The notes under the pieces: generated by a model
The model's database searches: none
The model's input: the letters and a program-made list of their open reading frames with translations, nothing else
What the model was told of the DNA's origin: nothing
In this document: positions 1 through 10,099 of the stretch, piece by piece
Position numbering within the stretch: the stretch's first letter is position 1
Layout of the letters: each line of letters opens with the position of its first letter
Assembly: GCA_963676565.1 (NCBI GenBank)
Contig: OY781089.1
Coordinates: 1,888,001-1,952,000 of the forward strand
Direction of reading: 5' to 3'
Length of the DNA stretch: 64,000 nucleotides
Source: Halarcobacter sp.
Lineage (GTDB): Bacteria > Campylobacterota > Campylobacteria > Campylobacterales > Arcobacteraceae
Position numbers and translations under genes: made by a program

Positions 1-245
1 TCACTAGCAGGAATAACTTCAGTTAAGCTTTTATCATATTCTCCATAAGCTTCAATTGCAGGAACTGTAAGCTCTTTTGTTTCACCTTCATTCATAGATG
101 CGATTCTTTCTTCAAGACCTTCTAAAAGTTCACCTTTCCCAAAAACAAACTCAATAGGGTCTGCATCTAAATTACTTTCAATTAAATTATCATTTACTTT
201 TAACTCATATTGTAGTTTTACAACTTGATTTTTTTCTATTGCCAT
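1..245 (-). CDS. slyD: FKBP-type peptidyl-prolyl isomerase, SlyD-like (runs off the left edge)
   Basis: Hand translation from ATG at 245: MAIEKNQVVKLQYELKVNDNLIESNLDADPIEFVFGKGELLEGLEERIASMNEGETKELTVPAIEAYGEYD..., a typical SlyD N-terminus. AAGGA RBS upstream. Not in the ORF track. Confidence 0.85.
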   Translation of the reverse strand, partial: MAIEKNQVVKLQYELKVNDNLIESNLDADPIEFVFGKGELLEGLEERIASMNEGETKELTVPAIEAYGEYDKSLTEVIPAS

Positions 246-441
246 ATTAATCCTTAAAAAATATATCTCGTACTATATCAAAATTTATTGTTGTGAAAAA
301 TTAATATTAAAACTTAGGAATAGAAATTGCAAAATTATAAATAAATTTTATTTTTTTTATAACTTTTTGTGCTATATAGAGGCTATAAAATTTGGATACA
401 CTCCTTTTTTTATATAATAACACACATTTAGAGGAATATTG

Positions 442-1641
442 ATGGACAAAGTAGTAATTATTGGTGGTGGATATGCTGGAATATATGCACTTAGAGAACT
501 TGTAAAAAACAAGAATATAAAAATAACACTTATAGATAAAAATACATTTCATAATTTACAGCCAGAAGTTTATGATTTAATAGCAAATAAATCAAGTATT
601 GCTGATGTAACTATTGACTTAACAACCTTATGCATGGGTTATAATCACCCTTATCTAGAATATAAAAATTTAAATGTAAAAAAAATTGACCAAGAAGAGA
701 AAAAGATTTTCACACAAGAGCAAGAGATAGTGGAATTTGATTATTTAGTTATGGCAGCAGGGACAAGAACATTTTTCCCACCTTCAATCTCAGGATTAAA
801 CAGTGCCCATGATATTAAAAAACTAAATTGGGCGATGTTTTTTAAACAAAGTTATGAAAATCAGTTATTTAAAAAGATTCAAGATGAGGCAAAAAAATGT
901 GATGACACTCATATTGTTGTTGTGGGAGCAGGGCTTTCAGGTGTTGAAATTGCCGCAGAGATGGCATACAATTCAAAAATGTTCTTTTCGAGGGGGAATT
1001 TCTCTTGTGATAATTTAAAAGTTTCACTTATTAGTAGCTCAGACACTATTTTACCTGGACTAACACAGGAGTTAATATCAATTTCACATAAAAGATTAAA
1101 ATCTCTGGGAATTAACGTAATAACAAACACAAAGTTACAAAAATGTGAGAATGGTTATGCCTACCTTTCAAATGGAACTAAAATAGAACATTCCTTTTTA
1201 ATCTTTACAGGGGGAGTTGAAGCTTCAAAAGTTACTGAAGAGCTTGATGTTAAGAAAAATGGAAGAGGTCAGATTGTAGTAAATGAGTATATGCAAACAG
1301 ATAAATATGAAAATATCTTTGCTATTGGAGATTCTGCCGAGATTAGAAACTCTAAAGATGAGATAATGCCTCCAAATGTTACCATTGCAAGAATCAGTGG
1401 AACAAATGCAGGTAAAAATATTTTAAATATGATTAAAAAAAGAAAACTTGAAAAATGCAATCCAAAATTAGATGGTATTTTAATAGCCCTTGGTGGTAAA
1501 TATGCAGCTGGTAATATTATGGGATTATTCCATGTAAGTGGAAGATTAGCTTATGAGATTAAACACTATGTATTTACTTCATATCGAAAGCCCTTACTAA
1601 AAACAATAAAAGCTGGATATAAAAAGTTAAAAAAACTTTAA
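442..1641 (+). CDS. NAD(P)/FAD-dependent oxidoreductase, type II NADH dehydrogenase family
   Basis: Two Rossmann motifs (IIGGGYAG, VVGAGLSGVEIAAE) and an FAIGD FAD motif. ATG at 442 follows GAGGA. Confidence 0.85.
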   Translation: MDKVVIIGGGYAGIYALRELVKNKNIKITLIDKNTFHNLQPEVYDLIANKSSIADVTIDLTTLCMGYNHPYLEYKNLNVKKIDQEEKKIFTQEQEIVEFDYLVMAAGTRTFFPPSISGLNSAHDIKKLNWAMFFKQSYENQLFKKIQDEAKKCDDTHIVVVGAGLSGVEIAAEMAYNSKMFFSRGNFSCDNLKVSLISSSDTILPGLTQELISISHKRLKSLGINVITNTKLQKCENGYAYLSNGTKIEHSFLIFTGGVEASKVTEELDVKKNGRGQIVVNEYMQTDKYENIFAIGDSAEIRNSKDEIMPPNVTIARISGTNAGKNILNMIKKRKLEKCNPKLDGILIALGGKYAAGNIMGLFHVSGRLAYEIKHYVFTSYRKPLLKTIKAGYKKLKKL

Positions 1642-1688
1642 TCTTAAATAATAAGGAGTCATAAAAGATATTTTAATTAAAATCTTTT

Positions 1689-2630
1689 ATGGTTTCTAAA
1701 TTTTTATTACTAATTTTTATTTTCACAAATATATTATTTGCTTCATTTGAATATGTAAAAATAGGTAATATAGATAGTTATTACAATAAAAAAATCTCAA
1801 ATGAAGAATTGAAATCTTTACTCCTTGAAATAAAAGAAGATTTAGAATTACAACTTCAAACTAATGTTTTTGCTTTATCAAGTACTGGAAAACCAATAAA
1901 TCTAGTTTATGTTGAACCCTCTTTACTTGAAAAAAGAATAGAAAGAAAAATTAATAGACTAAAATCGAAGCAAAAAAAAATAGATCAATTGCAAGCATAT
2001 TTTCCCAAAAATCAAAAAATAATTAATAAAGAAAAAGAGTTATTTAAAAAAGAAAATTCACTTTTAAATAGTAGAATTAAAAACTTCAACTTCTATGTAA
2101 AAAGTATTAATAAAAAAAGAAATATGTCAGGGGAAGAGTTTAAGAAAATAAAAGCAGATATTCTTTCAAAAAAGAAAAAGCTAGATTTAGAAATAAAAAA
2201 AATGAATAGATATAGAGATGATATAAAAAGAAAGGTAAATAAGTTTAATACAAAAGTTAATAGTTTCAACGGCCAAATTAGAGAATACAAAAGACTAAGT
2301 AAAGAGCTTGAAACATTAAGAAGAGGTTTTAAAAAAGTTAAAGGTATGACTTTTGGAGTAAAAGAGATAAACACAAAAACCTATTATAAAAATGGCAAAA
2401 GAGTTCAAGAAAAAACTCAAAAACAAAGAATGGATAAAATAGAGATTTATGGATTTAGTTCTAGGGGTGAACTAAAAGCAATATTAGCCCATGAAATATT
2501 GCATTTAGTTGGAATCCCCCATATAAATGATAAATATGCTTTGATGAATAGTATAATGCAAGAAAATCAGATTAAGAATCTTAAACTAACAAAAGAAGAT
2601 ATTAAAAACTTCAAAGAAAACTTTTATTGA
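1689..2630 (+). CDS. Secreted metzincin (matrixin-like) metallopeptidase with coiled-coil insertion
   Basis: Signal peptide, HEILHLVGIPH (HExxHxxGxxH) followed by an ALM Met-turn, and a long Lys-rich coiled coil. Confidence 0.75.
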   Translation: MVSKFLLLIFIFTNILFASFEYVKIGNIDSYYNKKISNEELKSLLLEIKEDLELQLQTNVFALSSTGKPINLVYVEPSLLEKRIERKINRLKSKQKKIDQLQAYFPKNQKIINKEKELFKKENSLLNSRIKNFNFYVKSINKKRNMSGEEFKKIKADILSKKKKLDLEIKKMNRYRDDIKRKVNKFNTKVNSFNGQIREYKRLSKELETLRRGFKKVKGMTFGVKEINTKTYYKNGKRVQEKTQKQRMDKIEIYGFSSRGELKAILAHEILHLVGIPHINDKYALMNSIMQENQIKNLKLTKEDIKNFKENFY

Positions 2631-2634
2631 TACT

Positions 2635-3705
2635 TTATAACATTTTATTTATATAGGTACTACTAGTTTTAGGTAGAGTATATAGCATTTTCTCATCTAA
2701 AGATAAAAAAGGTATATCAAGTACATTTTTACTCAAAGATGCTATCTTATTAACTCTGCTTATTGCCTTTTCAAGCATCAACTCAACTACATCTGTATAA
2801 CTTAGATTTTCTGATAATTCACAAGCTTTGGGAAAGTAGCTTGAACCTTCAGTCATTCCAGGGACTAAATTAGCTTCAAGGAAAAAACATTTACCCTCTT
2901 TATTTGCTTTTATATCAATTCTTCCAAAATCTCTTCCTCCTAGATTTGCAAAAGAATCATAGGCAAGTTCTTCAACCTTTTGTTTTAAATCATAATCAGT
3001 AATAGGACTTAATATTTCGCTGTTTTCTTTTTTTGCTTTTTCACCAAGAGTTCTTAAACCATTTTTTGATTGTTCTGCAATAATCTCAATTGCATAGACA
3101 CTAATGTCATCATTTTTATTTTTTATTATTGAAACAGTAAATTCTCTTCCATCTAAATATTCCTCAACTAAAACTGGTTCTTTAAACTGTGTATAAAGAG
3201 ATAGAAGTTTATTCTCATACTCTTTAAATGTCTTTACAAAAGATTTATCATCAATACCATTTCCATTTGCTGCATCCCTTGGTTTTAAAAAAAGTGGAAA
3301 TTTTAAAGGAAGTTCATTTTCTTTATACTCTTTTGGAATTGCAGTGAAAAAATCTGCTGTAGGGATACCTTTTCTTCTTAAATATGATTTAGCAAGAATT
3401 TTATTTGAATCAAATTTTAATACATCTTTACTTGATCCGGTGTAATTAATATCATGTTTTTTAAAATAATCACTTAACCAAATATTTGGTTCATTCACTA
3501 ATGGTATATATTTTACAGCTAAAATTACTAATTCAGGCTTTCTTCCTAGTACTTTTTCTAAATCAGACTTATCTTTACAGATACTTAATCTTACTTCATA
3601 TTTTAAAGATCTTAAAGATTTTAAAATACTTTTGCACGCAATTTCTGCACCAAACCCAGTCTCTATTAAGTATTTGTTTGGTGTTGTTATTATTTCTATT
3701 TTCAT
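2635..3705 (-). CDS. D-alanine--D-alanine ligase family ATP-grasp protein
   Basis: YTGS, FPLFLKP, LVEEYLDGREFTV, GRIDIK and FLEANLVPGM motifs of Ddl-type ATP-grasp enzymes. The N-terminus is divergent. Confidence 0.8.
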   Translation of the reverse strand: MKIEIITTPNKYLIETGFGAEIACKSILKSLRSLKYEVRLSICKDKSDLEKVLGRKPELVILAVKYIPLVNEPNIWLSDYFKKHDINYTGSSKDVLKFDSNKILAKSYLRRKGIPTADFFTAIPKEYKENELPLKFPLFLKPRDAANGNGIDDKSFVKTFKEYENKLLSLYTQFKEPVLVEEYLDGREFTVSIIKNKNDDISVYAIEIIAEQSKNGLRTLGEKAKKENSEILSPITDYDLKQKVEELAYDSFANLGGRDFGRIDIKANKEGKCFFLEANLVPGMTEGSSYFPKACELSENLSYTDVVELMLEKAISRVNKIASLSKNVLDIPFLSLDEKMLYTLPKTSSTYINKML

Positions 3706-3963
3706 AGGTTTTCCTTTAAACTACAAGGGTTATAATGTGAGCAACATCTAGTGCTATTACATTATTATCTAGTAATGATATTAGTTAATATATATTTACA
3801 GTTTTAATGGAATTTAGCTATTAATTAATCACACTATGGTGAATACTATTGCTATTAGAAATACACTGTAAATAAAAGTGTATTATCAGTATGATGTTTG
3901 AACAAATAATTGGGTATTTGTTATTATAGATTAAATTATGGGTCTAAACTTAAGTAAAAGTTT

Positions 3964-4065
3964 TTATTTTGAGTTTTTTTTTGCTTTTTTCTCAGCTTTT
4001 TTTTCTTTTATTGATTTTGCAGGTGCCGTTTTTACTGCTTTTTGGGTATTTTTACCTTTAGCCAT
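3964..4065 (-). CDS. Small basic Lys-rich protein (33 aa), unannotated
   Basis: MAKGKNTQKAVKTAPAKSIKEKKAEKKAKKNSK*, with a strong AAGGAG RBS shortly upstream of the ATG. Confidence 0.65.
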   Translation of the reverse strand: MAKGKNTQKAVKTAPAKSIKEKKAEKKAKKNSK

Positions 4066-4163
4066 TTTGTCTCCTTTATAGGGTTAGTAGTACAGTATAT
4101 CTGAAAAAAAGGAATATAGCTCAATAAATAAAAATTAATTAAAAATGTTTAATAGATTAGTAG

Positions 4164-4191
4164 ACTATAATTCCTAAAAAGGAATTATAGT
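4164..4191. terminator. Inverted repeat, likely terminator of 4193..4453
   Basis: ACTATAATTCCT-AAAA-AGGAATTATAGT, a perfect 12-bp stem right after the stop codon. Confidence 0.6.
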
Positions 4192-4192
4192 T

Positions 4193-4453
4193 TTAGTTAT
4201 AAGTTTTTGATTCAAGATTTGGCATTACTTGAAGTAAACCTAAGACAAAGGCATAAAATAAGCCACATGAAAAAAATAGAATACTTTTTTGGATTGAGTC
4301 TAAATACCAAAATGGTTCATTAAAGAAACCAGAAAGTATATATGTAGGCATTAAAAGTATGTCCCCTGCAATTTGTGAAATCTCCCCATGAATTGTCACA
4401 CCTAACATTGGAATTAAAATACCAATCAAAAAACCAATAAGTATACTTCTCAT
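4193..4453 (-). CDS. Hypothetical small membrane protein
   Basis: 86 aa with 2-3 hydrophobic segments and a GGGAGA RBS. Confidence 0.65.
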   Translation of the reverse strand: MRSILIGFLIGILIPMLGVTIHGEISQIAGDILLMPTYILSGFFNEPFWYLDSIQKSILFFSCGLFYAFVLGLLQVMPNLESKTYN

Positions 4454-4618
4454 CTTCTTCTCCCCTTTGATTAGTTTACTGTCAAATTAATACTAACTAA
4501 TAAAGAAAGATAAAGTCTATAATTTTATAAAAAATTAAGAATATATTTACATAATTATTACATAATTACACACTTTTATAAGTTTTACTTATGATTGAAT
4601 ATTCATATATACTTATAA

Positions 4619-5698
4619 TTATATTTGGTAATCTGGTCTATTATCACCCCATTCAAATATAAAACACATAGGTAATTGGTCTTTTTTATTTAAATATTTT
4701 GCCGTAAAATATCCTGAAACAAATATCGAAATAATTGCTACAAGTGAAGCAAATGCTAGAGTTGAAAGTCCTGTTAATCCTTGCCCAACTGTACAACCAA
4801 TAGAAAGGATACCACCTGTTCCCATCATCGCACCACCAATCATATTATTTCTTACTCTATTTTCACCTTTTGCTGAAGTACAACCAAAACTATATTTTCT
4901 ATTGAATTTTGACATTAAAAAAGCACCAAATACAATACCAACTATTAAACTTATTGAAAAGCTAAGTTCATTTACTTGGTATAACATAAATAGTTCTAAT
5001 GTTTTTGCTGTTGGATAAACAAATGTTATTCCAGCTGGGTCAATCATTCTTTCTATACTTTCATTTCCAATTACAGAAGTTATAAACCAAGCTGCTGCAA
5101 CAAGTAATCCAATTAAAACACCATCCCAAAGGTTTGGTAATCTAACTGCATGTCTCACTAAAACTTTTAAAAGTATTAATAAAACAGCAATAACAAAATA
5201 AATATTCATTGTAAAGTTTTCTAATTTACTTGACCATTCTATTAAAGTAGGGTTATTTATAAATGGGTCTAAAAAACCATTTAATAATCCTCTTGTTGTT
5301 GCAAAAGCAAAAATACCAATAAAGATAATACTAATTAAAGAGTTTTTATCACCTTGGGCAAATTTAATCAAATGTCTATTACTACAACCATCTGCTAACA
5401 TCATACCTACACCAAATAAGGCACCACCAAATATAATTGCAAAATAGTTTAAATTATCTTTGTAATAAACTGTATTAGTTAAGTCAAGTTCAAAATATGA
5501 AGAAACTAAAAATGTAGAGATTATCGCCACAATCATAGCCATAATAACAGAAGCACCTCTCATTGTAGATTTTGTAAGAATATAGTCTTTTATGGAACCA
5601 CTAAAGCAAAATTGTCTTTTTTGTGCAATCATTCCAAAAGCAGACCCTAAAATAAATCCTAATAAATTTACAATTTGATATATTTCTAACTCTAACAT
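4619..5698 (-). CDS. YeeE/YedE family thiosulfate/sulfur transporter
   Basis: Polytopic membrane protein with the RQFCF, LADGCS and IGCTVGQG conserved Cys motifs. Confidence 0.85.
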   Translation of the reverse strand: MLELEIYQIVNLLGFILGSAFGMIAQKRQFCFSGSIKDYILTKSTMRGASVIMAMIVAIISTFLVSSYFELDLTNTVYYKDNLNYFAIIFGGALFGVGMMLADGCSNRHLIKFAQGDKNSLISIIFIGIFAFATTRGLLNGFLDPFINNPTLIEWSSKLENFTMNIYFVIAVLLILLKVLVRHAVRLPNLWDGVLIGLLVAAAWFITSVIGNESIERMIDPAGITFVYPTAKTLELFMLYQVNELSFSISLIVGIVFGAFLMSKFNRKYSFGCTSAKGENRVRNNMIGGAMMGTGGILSIGCTVGQGLTGLSTLAFASLVAIISIFVSGYFTAKYLNKKDQLPMCFIFEWGDNRPDYQI

Positions 5699-5831
5699 TT
5701 TAATCCTTATTAAATTAATACAGTATATTTATGTAGGGAATTATATATCTTTACAATTTAAATATGATGGATTTGTAAAAGTTAGTTTTTAAAATTAAGT
5801 TTAAATAAAACAAAGTAAATAAGTTGAGATT

Positions 5832-6092
5832 CTAAAAATCTTGATTCTCAACTTTCATATCTTCAAGTCCTTCTAAAATATCTAAGGCTTGTTCTTGTGT
5901 TAGTAGATTTTTATCAATATCAATTAAAACTTCATCAAAATAAAGTTTAACTTGTTTCATATAATCTAATTCCTCTTTCAAGGCTTTATTTTTCTTTTTT
6001 GATAATTGAGTTTCTATATCTTTTAAGTTTTCATTTACTTCAGGTAAGATATCTGTTTGAATAAGGTTTGTAAGTTCTTTGATATAATCCAT
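5832..6092 (-). CDS. Hypothetical protein
   Basis: 86-aa helical acidic ORF with an AGGAG RBS. Confidence 0.7.
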   Translation of the reverse strand: MDYIKELTNLIQTDILPEVNENLKDIETQLSKKKNKALKEELDYMKQVKLYFDEVLIDIDKNLLTQEQALDILEGLEDMKVENQDF

Positions 6093-6162
6093 TTAATCTC
6101 CTGTTTAATCTTTTTTCATTTTCCGGAATTATATCAAAAGATAAAGGATTTTCTCCTTTATC

Positions 6163-6900
6163 TTATTTTTTCAATGTTTCATCTAATATTTCAGAAAATC
6201 TTTTCCATGAAGCTTTATCTGCTCTTTCATGATATCTATCAGAACCAAACTTCGTAAATGCATGGGGTGCACCACTATAAGTTAACATCTCATGGGTCAC
6301 TTTTTGTGCTTCCATTCTTTTAGCTATATCAGCAAAATCATCCATACTAACTGCTTTATCAGCTGTTCCATGAAATACTACAATCTCACCTTTAACTTTA
6401 GAATAATCTTGACCCTCAGGAGTTGTTAATCCTCCATGAAAAGGAACAAACTTTTTAAGTTCTGCTCCACTTCTTGCCATTTCTAAGATTACAGTACCAC
6501 CAAAACAATAACCCAATCCAACTGCATTATTAGTATTTGCACCTAGTTTTTTTGCTTCATCAAAACCACCATTTATTAAGGTTCTCATTTTTTCTCTATC
6601 TTTATATAAAGCTCCTGTTAAAGCTTTTCTTTTTTCTACTGTATCAGCTACTACACCTTTACCAAACATATCTGCTGCAAAAACTGCATAACCCATATCA
6701 TTTAACATCTCTGCTCTTTTTATTTCATACTTATCTATTCCATCCCAATCATGAATCATAAATACCAAAGGGGCATTTTTTGAAGGACTTGAATAATACC
6801 CTTGATAATCTTTTCCATCTACATTATAAGTAACATATTCGCCATTTGCTAATAAAAAACTTGAAGTTAATAGCAAAGCAGAAACTATTTTTTTCATCAC
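6163..6900 (-). CDS. Dienelactone hydrolase family protein (exported)
   Basis: Signal peptide, GYCFGG nucleophile motif, FHGTAD and HAF catalytic triad. Confidence 0.9.
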   Translation of the reverse strand: MMKKIVSALLLTSSFLLANGEYVTYNVDGKDYQGYYSSPSKNAPLVFMIHDWDGIDKYEIKRAEMLNDMGYAVFAADMFGKGVVADTVEKRKALTGALYKDREKMRTLINGGFDEAKKLGANTNNAVGLGYCFGGTVILEMARSGAELKKFVPFHGGLTTPEGQDYSKVKGEIVVFHGTADKAVSMDDFADIAKRMEAQKVTHEMLTYSGAPHAFTKFGSDRYHERADKASWKRFSEILDETLKK

Positions 6901-7027
6901 AACTCCTTTATAATATTTTTAAATATCTTACCTTTCAAAAAATAATTTAAACTTAATATTTTGAGTTAAAATGAACACTTTTTTCACACATAAAGATTGT
7001 ATAATAAGAGAAATGTTTAGGATTGTT

Positions 7028-8050
7028 ATGATTGATCTAATAAAAAAACTACCAAAAGCAGAACTACACTTACATATAGAAGGTTCTTTAGAACCAGAAC
7101 TTATGTTTAAACTAGCTAAAAAAAATAAAATAAAGATTCCTTACAATAGTATTGAAGAAATAAAAAAAGCATATGATTTTTCAAACCTTCAAAGTTTTTT
7201 AGATATCTATTATGCAGGGGCAGCTGTATTAATTACAAAAGAAGATTTCTATGATATGACTTGGGCTTATGTAGAAAAATGTGTTGAAAATAACATTATC
7301 CATACAGAGATATTTTTTGATCCACAAACCCATACACAAAGGGGGATAAGCTTTGAAACTGTAATTTTAGGAATAAAACAAGCCTTAGATGATGCAAAAG
7401 AAAAGTATGGAATCACTTCTCATATAATAATGTGTTTCTTAAGACACCTATCTCAAGAAGAAGCTTTTAAAACATTTGAAGAAGCATTATTATTTAAAAA
7501 TATCATAAAAGGAATTGGTTTAGACTCATCAGAAATAGGGCATCCTCCATCAAAATTTAAAGATGTTTTTAAAAAAGCAAAAGAGGAAGGTTTTGAAATA
7601 GTTGCCCATGCAGGTGAAGAAGCAGATGTTTCATATATTTACGAAGCTTTAGATTTATTAGAAGTTAAAAGAATAGATCATGGGGTTCAAGCTATAAACT
7701 CAAAAGAATTAATGAAAAGATTAAAAGATGAGCAAATACCTTTAACCGTATGTCCAAATTCAAATATTGAATTAAAAGTTTTTAACTCATATAAAGAACA
7801 CAATATAAAAAAATTACTAGATAACAATCTTTTAGTTACAGTTAATTCAGATGATCCAGCATATTTTAAAGGTTATTTAAATCAAAACTATATTAATCTT
7901 GTTGAAAATATAGAATTAACACAAGAGGATATTATTCAACTTGTTAAAAACTCTTTTAAAGCTTCATTTATAAGTGATGAATTAAAAGAAAAATATCTAA
8001 AAAAGGTAGATGAAATTGGAAGAGATTATAAACTACATCAAAATAAATGA
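7028..8050 (+). CDS. Adenosine/adenine deaminase
   Basis: PKAELHLHIEG, HAGE, RIDHG and NSDDPAYF motifs. Start placed at ATG 7028 after AGGA (track start is 6971). Confidence 0.9.
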   Translation: MIDLIKKLPKAELHLHIEGSLEPELMFKLAKKNKIKIPYNSIEEIKKAYDFSNLQSFLDIYYAGAAVLITKEDFYDMTWAYVEKCVENNIIHTEIFFDPQTHTQRGISFETVILGIKQALDDAKEKYGITSHIIMCFLRHLSQEEAFKTFEEALLFKNIIKGIGLDSSEIGHPPSKFKDVFKKAKEEGFEIVAHAGEEADVSYIYEALDLLEVKRIDHGVQAINSKELMKRLKDEQIPLTVCPNSNIELKVFNSYKEHNIKKLLDNNLLVTVNSDDPAYFKGYLNQNYINLVENIELTQEDIIQLVKNSFKASFISDELKEKYLKKVDEIGRDYKLHQNK

Positions 8051-8468
8051 AAACCTCTCAACATCAGGTCAGCCTACAGTTGAACAATTTAAAGATATAA
8101 AAAGTGAAGGTTTTGAAGTAGTAATAAATCTTGCTTTACACAACGCTTCAAATGCTATAGAAAATGAAGATAAAACTGTTACTGATTTAGAGATGGCATA
8201 TTTTCATATTCCAGTTGATTTTGAAAATCCTAAAATAGAGCAAGCTTCTCTTTTTCTAAACCTTTTAACCTCTTTAAAAAACAAAAAAGTTTGGGTGCAT
8301 TGTGCACTAAACTATAGAGTTACAGTATTTTGTTATCTTTATCATAAACATATTCTACATACACCTTTTGAAGAGATAGATTTTAAAATCTTTGACGAAT
8401 GGACACCTAGTGAGAAATGGCAAGATATGATGAAAACTCCATATGAAGACTTAAATTTACTTAAATAA
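8010..8468 (+). CDS. Protein-tyrosine-phosphatase-like (DUF442/BLH-type) protein
   Basis: TSGQP motif and an HCALNYR (CX4R) active-site loop. Confidence 0.75.
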   Translation: MKLEEIINYIKINENLSTSGQPTVEQFKDIKSEGFEVVINLALHNASNAIENEDKTVTDLEMAYFHIPVDFENPKIEQASLFLNLLTSLKNKKVWVHCALNYRVTVFCYLYHKHILHTPFEEIDFKIFDEWTPSEKWQDMMKTPYEDLNLLK

Positions 8469-8544
8469 AATTAACTAGTAATTTATATAATTTTAGCTAC
8501 CATATCTCCACTATTAAAAGAGATTATTATATTTTGGAATCAAA

Positions 8545-9651
8545 TTGAGATTAGAAACAAAACTAGAAAAATTTAATGAACCCTTATATCTAGAAAGTGG
8601 TAGGATTCTAGAAAAGTTTGAGATTGTTTATGAAACATATGGTGAATTAAATGAAGATAAATCAAATGTTATTGTAATTTGTCATGCTTTAGCTGGAAGT
8701 CATCATGCCGCTGGAAGATATGCTGATGAAGCAAAACCAGGTTGGTGGGATAAATTAATTGGAGATGGCAAGGCAATTGATACACAAAAATATTTTGTGA
8801 TTTGTTCAAACAACATTGGAAGTACTTTTGGTTCAACAAATGCTTTAAGCATCGACCCTTCTACAAAAAAAGAGTACAGATTAAAATTCCCTGTATTAAC
8901 AATTTCTGATATTGTAAAAGCTCAAATGAGACTTTATAAAAAACTTGGAATTGAAAAGGCTAAAGCTGTTGTAGGTGGAAGTATGGGAGGAATGCAAGCA
9001 TTGTGTTACTCTATTGAGTTTCCAGATTTTGCAGAGCATGTTTTTGCACTAGCTACTACAGCTTACACTAGACCTTGGGCAATTGCTATAAATAAAATTG
9101 CCATTGAATCAATAAGACATGACCCAGCCTTTAAAGATGGACATTATGAAAAAGGTGATTTGGAAGCTTCTGGATTACCAGGACTTGCAATTGGAAGAAT
9201 GGCAGGATTAATCGCATATTTAAGTCCAAATCTTTTTAATAAAAAGTTTGGAAGGGATTATGCTAGAACAGATGGTTTATATGAGTTAATGGGTAGATTT
9301 GAAGTTGAAAGATATTTAGAATACAATGCCTATTCTTTTCCTAAAATCTTTGATCCATTGTCATATTTGTATATTTGTAAAACAATGAACATATTTGATG
9401 CAGGTAGAAATAAAGATAAACTTGAAGACTCATTTGAAAAGGTTAATGCTAAACTGCACCTTATATCTTTTTCTGATGATATGCTGTTTTTCCCTGAAGA
9501 GATGGAAGAGATTAGAGATATTATGATTAAAATTGGAAAAGGTGATCAAATAACATATAAAATGATTGAAAGTAAATCTGGACACGATTCTTTTTTAGTA
9601 GAAGTTGAAAAATTTGATCAATATTTAGTTGATTTATTGGAAGGAAAATAA
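8545..9651 (+). CDS. metX: Homoserine O-acetyltransferase
   Basis: YETYGELN, CHALAGSHH, GWWD, GGSMGG and GHDSFL motifs. Confidence 0.93.
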   Translation: MRLETKLEKFNEPLYLESGRILEKFEIVYETYGELNEDKSNVIVICHALAGSHHAAGRYADEAKPGWWDKLIGDGKAIDTQKYFVICSNNIGSTFGSTNALSIDPSTKKEYRLKFPVLTISDIVKAQMRLYKKLGIEKAKAVVGGSMGGMQALCYSIEFPDFAEHVFALATTAYTRPWAIAINKIAIESIRHDPAFKDGHYEKGDLEASGLPGLAIGRMAGLIAYLSPNLFNKKFGRDYARTDGLYELMGRFEVERYLEYNAYSFPKIFDPLSYLYICKTMNIFDAGRNKDKLEDSFEKVNAKLHLISFSDDMLFFPEEMEEIRDIMIKIGKGDQITYKMIESKSGHDSFLVEVEKFDQYLVDLLEGK

Positions 9652-9866
9652 TGAGCGAAGAGCAAAAAGAAGAACAAACATTTGAAGTAAAAATCGAAAA
9701 AGCAAAAGAACTTTTGGAAAAACTATCAAATCCTCAAATCACACTAAGTGATTCTTTAGACCTTTATAAAAATGGGATAAAAGAACTAGATGAAGCCCAA
9801 AAACTTCTAGATGAAGCAAAACTTATTTTAGAAGTTGATAGAAAAGAAGAATCTGAACCTTTTTAA
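9651..9866 (+). CDS. xseB: Exodeoxyribonuclease VII small subunit
   Basis: FE..LE.L...ITLSDSLDLYKNG pattern; TAATG overlap with metX. Confidence 0.85.
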   Translation: MSEEQKEEQTFEVKIEKAKELLEKLSNPQITLSDSLDLYKNGIKELDEAQKLLDEAKLILEVDRKEESEPF

Positions 9867-9903
9867 ATTAGATAAACTTTCTTCAATGTTTAGGAGAAAG
9901 TTT

Positions 9904-9969
9904 ATGAAAACTATTACACAACTTCATGAAATTGATAAACCAAGGGAAAGATTATATAAATTGAGTTAA
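9904..9969 (+). pseudogene. 5' remnant of a RadC/JAB-domain gene
   Basis: AGGAG RBS, then MKTITQLHEIDKPRERLYKLS*. (D/E)xPRE(R/K)L is the hallmark N-terminus of long-form RadC. Truncated after 21 codons. Confidence 0.6.
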
Positions 9970-10099
9970 AAGTAGTACTTAAACCAAACTAATTTACTCA
10001 ACTTTTTCTTTGATTTAAATCAACATTTTTTAACCTAAATCTGCTATTATTATAACCATAGATATGAAAAATATACAACTAATTTACTAAGGATTATGC

